The notes beneath the pieces are model-generated. The model did no database searches and was not told the origin of the DNA. It saw nothing but the letters and a program-made list of their open reading frames with translations. A stretch of DNA of 32,000 nucleotides, taken from contig NZ_CP147990.1 in assembly GCF_037902255.1 (NCBI RefSeq), positions 3,570,001-3,602,000 on the forward strand. Reading direction: 5' to 3'. Positions 25,527 through 32,000 of the stretch are shown piece after piece; position 1 is the first letter of the stretch; every line of letters begins with the position of its first letter. Made by a program: the position numbers and the translations under genes. This DNA comes from Candidatus Electrothrix sp. GW3-4. GTDB lineage: Bacteria > Desulfobacterota > Desulfobulbia > Desulfobulbales > Desulfobulbaceae.

Positions 25527-27242
25527 ATGGGCAAGCTGGTAAGAGAATACGTCCGATGCTACCGCATCGGCATAGATACCGGGGGAACCTGCACTGACGG
25601 GGTCCTTATTGATGATGCCACCCTGGAAGTGGTGCATTCAGCCAAAGAACCGACCACGCACCATAACCTGGGGATTGGCGTCGGTCGGGTGCTGAAAAAA
25701 CTGCTTGCTACAGATGTTGTTCCAGAGGATATCATTGGGCTTTCCGTATCCACTACCTTGGCCACCAATGCCGTGGTTGAGGATCGGGGCGCCCGGGTAG
25801 GCCTGCTGGTCTTTGGCTATGTCCGTCATTTCAAGCTCCCTATTACCGCCAATATCTTTCTCAAAGGTGGTCATAAGATCACCGGGGAGGAAGATGAGCC
25901 TTTGGATATTGAGGGGCTGGTTGATTCGGTCCACGGCCTGAAGGACGAGGTGGATAGCTATGCGGTCTGCGGCGGCATGTCCATTAAAAATCCGACCCAT
26001 GAGTTGGTGGCAGAAGAGGCCATCACCATGATTGATCCCAAGCCGATCTTTTGCTCCCATCAGGTCAGCGATAATCCGGGTATGCGGGCCAGGGCCGCTA
26101 CGGCCTGTCTCCATGCCAAGCTCATGCCCCTGATGATCAGTTTTCTCTCCTCCATCAAGACCTCCATGCTCAACGCGGGCTTGAATTGCCCGGTGACCAT
26201 TATCTGCGGCAACGGCAAAGGGGCTGGACTGGACACCGCAGTCCGGCGGGCGGCTATCACTATGGCCAGCGGTCCGGCTGCCACGGCCCGTTTCGGCTGT
26301 ACAGCCGGAGAGCCCACTGCCCTGATCGTTGATGTGGGCGGGACAACTACGGATGTCTGTATGATCCGGGACGGACATCCGGTCCTGAGCGATGAGGGCT
26401 GCCGGATCGGACAATGGAAGACCCATGTGGAGGCCATTGATATGTACACCGCCGCGGGCGGTGGCGATGCCCATGTGATTTGTTCTGCAGACCATGATTG
26501 CTCCCTGGAGCTGGGAGGAGGGTGTAGTAAGCTACCAAGGATTCGCCTGGAGGCGACCCGGGTCCAGCCTCTGTGTATGACCGAGGATGTGCCTGACCCT
26601 GAGCAATGGCTGGGATGCGGGCTACGCAACGCCGTGGTTCTGCCCGTTGAAAGCCTGAGCGAAGAGGTTGTCAGTGAGGATGAGATCCTCTTCTGCCTTC
26701 GAGAGCATGGTCCGGCCAACTTAGAGACGCTGACTCAACAGACCGGCCTGTCCGGGATCCTTCTTGAAAAGCGGCTGGAGCGTTTAGCCTATCTTCAGCA
26801 GGTCAGGATGGCTGGCTTTACCCCGACCGATGCCTTGCATGTTCTGGGTAAGTTGGATATCGGCAGCAAGGAGCAGGCTGAGCACGGGGCCCGGGCCTTG
26901 GCCGCCTCCTTAGATATGAGTATTGAGTCCCTCTGTCTTCAGGTGGTGGCAGAAGCGGAAAAGACCATTGAGGGTATCATTCTTGATTATCTTGGCCGGA
27001 AGGTCTGGCATGATGTCGAGGCGGCTCCCTTCCTGAGCAGCATGGATAATGAGCTATTTTCCCTCCGGGTTGCAGTCAAGGTTCCGATTATCGGGATTGG
27101 GGCGGCAGCACGCTGTTTCCTGCCCACCGTGGCTGAGCGCCTGCACACCACGGTCTGCTTTCCCGAGCATTATGAAGTAGGTAATGCAGTCGGGGCAGCT
27201 CTGATTGACCGGGAGAAAGATCAGGCAAATTTTGCCTTTTGA
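25527..27242 (+). CDS. Hydantoinase/oxoprolinase (HyuA-type) family protein
   Basis: 571 aa. ASKHA-fold phosphate motifs RIGIDTGGTCTDGVL and LIVDVGGTTTDVCM. Confidence 0.8.
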   Translation: MGKLVREYVRCYRIGIDTGGTCTDGVLIDDATLEVVHSAKEPTTHHNLGIGVGRVLKKLLATDVVPEDIIGLSVSTTLATNAVVEDRGARVGLLVFGYVRHFKLPITANIFLKGGHKITGEEDEPLDIEGLVDSVHGLKDEVDSYAVCGGMSIKNPTHELVAEEAITMIDPKPIFCSHQVSDNPGMRARAATACLHAKLMPLMISFLSSIKTSMLNAGLNCPVTIICGNGKGAGLDTAVRRAAITMASGPAATARFGCTAGEPTALIVDVGGTTTDVCMIRDGHPVLSDEGCRIGQWKTHVEAIDMYTAAGGGDAHVICSADHDCSLELGGGCSKLPRIRLEATRVQPLCMTEDVPDPEQWLGCGLRNAVVLPVESLSEEVVSEDEILFCLREHGPANLETLTQQTGLSGILLEKRLERLAYLQQVRMAGFTPTDALHVLGKLDIGSKEQAEHGARALAASLDMSIESLCLQVVAEAEKTIEGIILDYLGRKVWHDVEAAPFLSSMDNELFSLRVAVKVPIIGIGAAARCFLPTVAERLHTTVCFPEHYEVGNAVGAALIDREKDQANFAF

Positions 27243-27310
27243 GATCTCGTTCGAGATATAATTCACTCCGTGCCGCACCTGTACCGCGGCACGATCCCAA
27301 GGAAAATCCC

Positions 27311-28243
27311 ATGAAGATAGTTTCCCCCTCGTATGAAGTACTTGACCAGCTCGACCGCCAGAGCCTGGCGGTCCGTATCGAACGCTGCGGTCGCATCTGC
27401 TATAAAAGCGAAGACCGGATCGACCGGGACTCGGCCATTCCCTTTGTTGCCAAAATGGCCGAGCACGGGCATAATTCTGTGCTGGAGATGGGGGTGGTCA
27501 CCCTGGAGGTGATCTGTGCTGATGAAGAACAGATCACCGATTTTTTTCTGCTTCGTCCCCGTTACCTGCATATTGATCGGGATGCAAATACCTTGCTGGT
27601 CACCGGCAGTATCCGCAGCTTTCGGGAGTTGCTCAAATTTCATCCAGAAAATGTTGTCGTTAGAGCCGCCTGTGCCCTGATTAATGAACGCCATCCCTAT
27701 TTTTTCAAGGGCGTTCTGCCGGAAGGAGGTTTGAGTGCTGATTCTTCGATAACGGTACGCAAGGTCGAGTTGGACGAGGTGGATCAACTTCCCCCGGAAA
27801 GCCTGCTAAAGCACCGCTATATTGCGGTCAAATTTATTGTCAATCGGGCGGTCACCCATGAGATCGTTCGTCATCGTCCCTGCTCCTTTCTCCAGGAGAG
27901 TCAACGCTACTGTCGCTACAGCGAAGATAAATTTGGCAGCGAGGTCAGCTTTATCAAACCCATGTTCTTTGCCGAAGACAGCTCGGAATACGCGCTCTGG
28001 GAAAAGGCCATGTTGGAAACGGAACAGCTCTACCTCAAACTTTTGCAGACCTCCACACCCCAGGCAGCACGCACTGTCCTGCCCAATTCCTGCAAGACCG
28101 AACTGATTGTCTATGCCAATCTTAAGGAGTGGCACCATATTTTCAGCCTGCGTACCACCAAGGCTGCTGAGCCTTCCATGCGGGAGGTGATGATTCCCTT
28201 GCAGGAGGATTTCCAGCAGCGTTTTTCCAGTATTTTTACCTGA
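27311..28243 (+). CDS. thyX: FAD-dependent thymidylate synthase ThyX
   Basis: The ThyX motif RHRxxSxxxxSxR is present as VRHRPCSFLQESQRY. Start placed at ATG 27311 (MKIVSPSYEV, AAGGAAA SD). The track start 27239 is a TTG overlapping the upstream gene end. Confidence 0.9.
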   Translation: MKIVSPSYEVLDQLDRQSLAVRIERCGRICYKSEDRIDRDSAIPFVAKMAEHGHNSVLEMGVVTLEVICADEEQITDFFLLRPRYLHIDRDANTLLVTGSIRSFRELLKFHPENVVVRAACALINERHPYFFKGVLPEGGLSADSSITVRKVELDEVDQLPPESLLKHRYIAVKFIVNRAVTHEIVRHRPCSFLQESQRYCRYSEDKFGSEVSFIKPMFFAEDSSEYALWEKAMLETEQLYLKLLQTSTPQAARTVLPNSCKTELIVYANLKEWHHIFSLRTTKAAEPSMREVMIPLQEDFQQRFSSIFT

Positions 28244-28283
28244 TTCTTTTTCGACAGAATTGTCTCGCCAAGGACACAGGAAT

Positions 28284-28333
28284 GTCGACAGATTGACTAA
28301 TCTGTTGACAATAGGTTCTAAATCCATTAAAAA
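28284..28333 (+). promoter_or_regulatory. Putative fhs promoter (-35 TTGACA 28305-28310, 17 nt, -10 TAAAAA 28328-28333) with an 11-bp inverted repeat covering the -35
   Basis: GTCGACAGATT (28284-28294) and AATCTGTTGAC (28299-28309) are inverted repeats with one mismatch and a 4-nt spacer. The half-site TCGACAGA also occurs at 28251-28258. Confidence 0.35.
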
Positions 28334-28478
28334 GATTGTTTCTTTTCTGTGCAGGATGCACTTGCTCAGGCTCTTACATGTCAAGTATGCCTCTGAGCCC
28401 TCATTTTCCAGTTGTGTCCGCTCTCTGATGTAATTATTCATAACCTTTAAATATTTAACTTTTATAGGAGACTCTCAC

Positions 28479-30242
28479 ATGGTTTTGGATCCGACGAAAC
28501 ATGCAGACTGGGAAATCGCCGAAGAGGCGGAAAGCCGGATGAAAACAGTATACGAGTTGGGCGAGCAGCTCGGGCTGGAAAAAGAGGAACTGCTGCCCCA
28601 TGGCCATTATCTGGCCAAACTGGACTACCGCAAGATTCTTGACCGCCTGAAAGATAAGCCAGACGGCAAGTATGTTGACGTGACCGCTATTTCTCCGACC
28701 CCGCTGGGTGAAGGAAAGTCCACCTGTGCCATGGGTCTGGTCCAGGGACTGGGTAAACGGGGCAAATCCGTTATCGGAGCCATCCGTCAGCCCTCTGGCG
28801 GCCCGACTATGAACATCAAGGGTTCTGCTGCTGGTGGTGGTTTGGCCCAGTGCATACCCCTGACCCCGTTTTCTCTGGGCATGACTGGCGACATCAACGC
28901 CATCATGAACGCCCATAACTTGGGTATGGTTGCCCTGACCTCCAGGATGCAGCATGAGTGCAACTACACCGACGAGCAGTTGGCCATGCGTAATCTGAAA
29001 CGGCTGGATATCCACCCCAAGAAGGTAGAGTTCAACTGGATCATGGATTACTGCGCCCAGGCCCTGCGTAATATCACCATCGGCCAGGGCGGCAAGATGG
29101 ACGGTATGACCATGCAGTCCAGCTTTGCCATTGCGGTAAGTTCTGAAATCATGGCTATCCTCTCCATCGCCAAAGACCTGAAAGATATGCGCGAACGTAT
29201 CGGTAAGATCGTGGTTGCCTACGACAAGCAGGATCGTCCGATCACCACAGCTGATCTGGAAGTGGACGGTGCTATGACCGCCTGGATGGTGGACGCCATC
29301 AACCCCAATCTGATGCAGACCCTGGAAGGTCAGCCGGTTGTTGTCCATGCTGGTCCCTTTGCCAATATCGCCATTGGTCAGTCCTCAGTTATTGCCGACC
29401 GTGTGGGCCTAAAACTGGCCGACTACAACGTTACCGAGTCCGGCTTTGGTGCGGATATCGGTTTTGAAAAATTCTGGAATCTCAAGTGTCGCTACTCCGG
29501 TCTTAAGCCCCATTGTGCTGTTGTCGTTGCCACCATTCGTGCCCTCAAATGTCACGGCGGCGCGCCGATTCCGGTTCCAGGCAAACCCATGCCCCAGGAA
29601 TACTCCGGCGAAAACGTGGGCTGGGTTGAGGAAGGCTGCAAGAACCTCATCCATCACATTGAGACTGTCAAAAAGGCCGGTATCAACCCGGTTGTCTGTA
29701 TCAACGCCTTTTACACCGACACGGACAACGAGATCGCTGCGGTTCGTCGTCTGTCCGAGGCAGCTGGTGCCCGCGTGGCCCTATCCCGTCATTGGGAACA
29801 CGGCGGTGATGGTGCGCTGGAATTCGCCGACGCAGTTGCCGATGCCTGTGAAGAAGAGAACGAGTTCAAGTTCCTCTACGATCTGGAGACCCCGCTTTCC
29901 GAGCGTATTGAGCTGATCGTCAAAGAGGTGTACGGCGGTGATGGTGTGAGCTACTCGCCAGAAGCTGCTGCCAAGCTGAAACGCATTGAGGCGGATCCAG
30001 AGATGAAGGAAATGACCACCTGCATGGTCAAGACCCACCTCTCTCTGTCCCATGATCCCAAGCTCAAGGGAACCCCCAAGGGCTGGACCCTGCCCATTCG
30101 CGATATCCTCACCTATAAGGGTGCAGGCTTTGTCGTGCCCGTGGCCGGTGCCATCAGCCTGATGCCAGGTACTGCATCTGATCCGGCCTATCGCCGCATT
30201 GATGTGGACACCGAGACAGGTAAGGTGAAGGGCGTCTTCTAG
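28479..30242 (+). CDS. fhs: Formate--tetrahydrofolate ligase
   Basis: 587 aa. [17 protein letters not shown] nucleotide-binding block and full-length FTHFS-like sequence. AGGAG SD 9 nt upstream. Confidence 0.95.
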   Translation: MVLDPTKHADWEIAEEAESRMKTVYELGEQLGLEKEELLPHGHYLAKLDYRKILDRLKDKPDGKYVDVTAISPTPLGEGKSTCAMGLVQGLGKRGKSVIGAIRQPSGGPTMNIKGSAAGGGLAQCIPLTPFSLGMTGDINAIMNAHNLGMVALTSRMQHECNYTDEQLAMRNLKRLDIHPKKVEFNWIMDYCAQALRNITIGQGGKMDGMTMQSSFAIAVSSEIMAILSIAKDLKDMRERIGKIVVAYDKQDRPITTADLEVDGAMTAWMVDAINPNLMQTLEGQPVVVHAGPFANIAIGQSSVIADRVGLKLADYNVTESGFGADIGFEKFWNLKCRYSGLKPHCAVVVATIRALKCHGGAPIPVPGKPMPQEYSGENVGWVEEGCKNLIHHIETVKKAGINPVVCINAFYTDTDNEIAAVRRLSEAAGARVALSRHWEHGGDGALEFADAVADACEEENEFKFLYDLETPLSERIELIVKEVYGGDGVSYSPEAAAKLKRIEADPEMKEMTTCMVKTHLSLSHDPKLKGTPKGWTLPIRDILTYKGAGFVVPVAGAISLMPGTASDPAYRRIDVDTETGKVKGVF

Positions 30243-30301
30243 AGCCCTCTAATATAGCGAGGGCGGTCCGTGAACCGTGCCTCTGCATATTGAACAACGC
30301 T

Positions 30302-30344
30302 AACGGGCCGGAGGGAGAAATCCTTTCGGCCCGTTCTGTTTTGT
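30302..30344 (+). terminator. Rho-independent terminator after fhs
   Basis: AACGGGCCG (30302-30310) pairs with CGGCCCGTT (30327-30335). The inner extension GGA/TCC closes a GAAA tetraloop. The hairpin is followed by CTGTTTTGT. Confidence 0.7.
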
Positions 30345-30350
30345 GGCAGA

Positions 30351-30644
30351 ATGATGTTGTTACTGGTAGAGTTCTGGTCCTTGTCTCGGAGAAAATTTGC
30401 AGCGCAAGAGGATGCTCTGTCGGATGCTCTGTCGTTTTTCGCTACAGTATTGACCTGTCTGGTGACCGCTCTGCACCTCTATGTTTTTCTGCGTCTGGCC
30501 TCCCTGCCCTTGATTAGGAGAGGAAATGGGCGCAGGGCGTTGATCATCATCGGGGTGCTGATGTGGTTGATTTTTCTCCTGGGGCGGATGTTTCACAGGC
30601 AAGAGAATGGCCCGCTGATGACATTATTCGAGGTTTTTTTTTGA
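30351..30644 (+). CDS. N-terminal transmembrane fragment of a membrane metallophosphoesterase (split from the catalytic part at a T9 run)
   Basis: 97 aa with 2-3 TM helices (FFATVLTCLVTALHLYVFLRLASL, ALIIIGVLMWLIFLLG). It ends GTT TTT TTT TGA inside T9 (30634-42). Confidence 0.6.
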   Translation: MMLLLVEFWSLSRRKFAAQEDALSDALSFFATVLTCLVTALHLYVFLRLASLPLIRRGNGRRALIIIGVLMWLIFLLGRMFHRQENGPLMTLFEVFF

Positions 30645-30646
30645 GC

Positions 30647-31567
30647 ATGCAGTGGATGGGAACCCTGTTCCTGTTAGCAGTAGCTCTACTCGTTGTGGAC
30701 CTGTCCACTGGCTTTGGCCTGTTTCTGTCCAAGGCGATTGTGCTTCGTATCCGCACAGCAGGCTTGGCCTGTAGCGCTGTTTTGGTACTGATTGCCCATG
30801 TACAAGGCTTGCGCCCTCCAGCTGTTGAGCAGTATGAAATTCCTGTCAACGGGTTGCCTGCTGACCTGGATGGCATTACCATCGCAATACTCTCTGACCT
30901 GCATCTGGGGGAGATGCTGCTGAATGCGGACTGGCTCAATGCCCGTGTCCGGCAGGTACAGGCCAGTCAGCCGGACTGTATCGTCCTGGTCGGCGACTTA
31001 TTTGAATGGAGCAGTGATCCGGTGGCCCTGTCCCCGGTCCTGCGGCAGCTCTCCGCTCCGCTGGGTGTATTTGCGGTACGGGGCAATCATGAGAGACTTC
31101 GCCCTCGTCGCCCTGATCATGCCGGGAAAATCCTGACTGCGTCTGGTATCCGTCTGCTGACTAACGAATGGACAGAATTGGCCAGCGGGTTGGTGTTGGT
31201 CGGAATTGATGACCTGACCTCTATCCGTCGTCAGGGCGGGGGAGGGCAAGACCATCTTACCCGAGCCTTGGCTAATCGCCCTGCCGGTGCGACACTCCTC
31301 CTGTCCCATACACCTTGGTTGGTCGAGCAGGCGGCGGCTCATGGAGTGGATCTTATGCTCTCCGGCCACACCCATAATGGGCAGATTTGGCCCTTCAGCT
31401 ATCTGGTTCACACCCGCTACCCTTTTCTTGGTGGTCAATACAGGGTTGTGGATATGAACCTCTTTGTTTGTCGGGGTACAGGAACCTGGGGGCCGCGAAT
31501 GCGTCTCTGGCAGCGTGGTGAGATTGCCCTGGTAACACTGCGCTGTCCAGCCGAGCTGCCTCAGTGA
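30647..31567 (+). CDS. Metallophosphoesterase (calcineurin-like), C-terminal TM helices + catalytic domain
   Basis: Motifs ILSDLHLGE, VLVGDLFEW, VRGNHERL and LSGHTHNGQ. The first ATG in this frame after the upstream fragment is 30647. The frame itself is open from 30563. Confidence 0.8.
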   Translation: MQWMGTLFLLAVALLVVDLSTGFGLFLSKAIVLRIRTAGLACSAVLVLIAHVQGLRPPAVEQYEIPVNGLPADLDGITIAILSDLHLGEMLLNADWLNARVRQVQASQPDCIVLVGDLFEWSSDPVALSPVLRQLSAPLGVFAVRGNHERLRPRRPDHAGKILTASGIRLLTNEWTELASGLVLVGIDDLTSIRRQGGGGQDHLTRALANRPAGATLLLSHTPWLVEQAAAHGVDLMLSGHTHNGQIWPFSYLVHTRYPFLGGQYRVVDMNLFVCRGTGTWGPRMRLWQRGEIALVTLRCPAELPQ

Positions 31568-31895
31568 AAAAGTTGCCTTGTTGAGTAACAGAGTAGTTGT
31601 TATGGTGTTGTTATGGTGCGGGTGAGTAGTCCTGGCTTTACCAGGGGTGAAGCGCCTGCTCTCTGTCGCTTATGCTTTCCAGGAATGGATCAAGGACGAC
31701 TTGTTTTGTTCTCCTCTTTAAGGCCAAAGTATCTGGTGGGGCTTCAATAAAAAACAGAGCAGGAGGGAAAATCACTTTTGGCCCGTTTTTTTTTGTAGTA
31801 AGTTGTAGTAAAATAAGAAACCGTAGTTTGAAAAAGCAGTTAAAAAAGATCACAGACTCTTACTCCTTAAAAAATATACGATATGTCCTCCTCCG

Positions 31896-31925
31896 AAAAA
31901 ACGCCATAGGGGCTGGCAAGGCGTC
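31896..31925 (-). terminator. Weak terminator-like hairpin + T6 on the minus strand
   Basis: The minus strand reads GACGCC-14 nt-GGCGTT followed by TTTTT (A-run 31896-31901 on +). It lies 19 nt downstream of a minus-strand stop at 31944-31946. The stem is short and the loop long. Confidence 0.3.
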
Positions 31926-32000
31926 GAGCATAAAGCGTGTCCGTTAATCATCAAAATGATGTGTGCCAGAAGAAGCAACTCTATAACTTGTTCCTGTGAT

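Noticed and set aside
27239-27310. Extended thyX start (TTG 27239) overlapping the hydantoinase-family stop.
   Set aside because: The N-terminal extension (MRSRSRYNSLRAAPVPRHDPKENP) is Arg-rich and not ThyX-like. ATG 27311 has a good SD and gives a canonical ThyX N-terminus.
28244-28478. ZTP or THF riboswitch upstream of fhs.
   Set aside because: The context makes one plausible, but I could not find the conserved ZTP 3' element or THF-riboswitch-like conserved segments by eye. It is left as an open leader (see finding) and is not called.
31620-31760. Possible SRP RNA, tRNA or other known small RNA. TTTACCAGG resembles part of the 4.5S RNA domain IV.
   Set aside because: The rest of the conserved SRP motif (GGAAGCAGCC-like segment) is absent, there is no cloverleaf, and there are no RNase P, tmRNA or 6S hallmarks.
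31853-32000. Two minus-strand frames open to the right edge: one ends at the stop 31944-31946 (...ITGTSYRVASSGTHHFDD*), the other at the stop 31850-31852 (49 codons).
   Set aside because: Both are too short to identify or to choose between. The weak hairpin + T6 at 31896-31925 slightly favours the first. Neither is reported as a gene.
1-32000. CRISPR arrays, transposases, integrases, toxin-antitoxin pairs, retron or DGR reverse transcriptases.
   Set aside because: Scanned the intergenic regions and the ORF track. There are no repeat-spacer periodicity, no DDE/tyrosine-recombinase/RT motifs, and no small paired ORFs.

Overview
This is a 32-kb chromosomal window from a diderm bacterium. Gene content (pilMNOPQ, thyX, fhs, rtcB) would fit a Desulfobacterota-like genome, but taxonomy cannot be established from the sequence alone. 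All family calls come from motifs I recognise by eye. No searches or alignments were run.

Layout:
- 1-3729 (-): type IV pilus alignment/secretin operon pilM-N-O-P-(decayed pilP fragment)-pilQ. pilQ runs off the left edge and was found by hand.
- 4121-7134 (+): lepB, pyrB, pyrC.
- 7209-12151 (-): four co-directional accessory-looking genes, namely an HU-fold/DUF4469-like protein, a membrane M48 protease, a DUF1835-type protein and RtcB RNA ligase. Unusual repeats bracket this block.
- 12526-20625 (-): a tightly packed glycan operon (GT2, GlpD-like flavoprotein, GT4, MBOAT, AlgJ/AlgX-like O-acetyltransferase), with an SDR epimerase gene about 170 nt further downstream.
- 20972-21589 (+): a REC-HisKA protein with no kinase catalytic domain, ending inside a 15-bp perfect hairpin.
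- 21693-25190 (-): M20 peptidase, a circularly-permuted-ATP-grasp-like protein, and CysK.
- 25527-30242 (+): stand-alone hydantoinase-A-family protein, ThyX, and formate-THF ligase.
- 30351-31567 (+): a membrane metallophosphoesterase split in two at a T9 run.

Best candidates for something undescribed:
1. The HU-like/M48/DUF1835/RtcB block and its upstream 4 x 23-bp GATC-dense repeat array.
2. The M20 / ATP-grasp-like / CysK operon.
3. The T9 slippery-site split of the phosphoesterase.

I found no CRISPR array, tRNA, rRNA, transposase or integrase.
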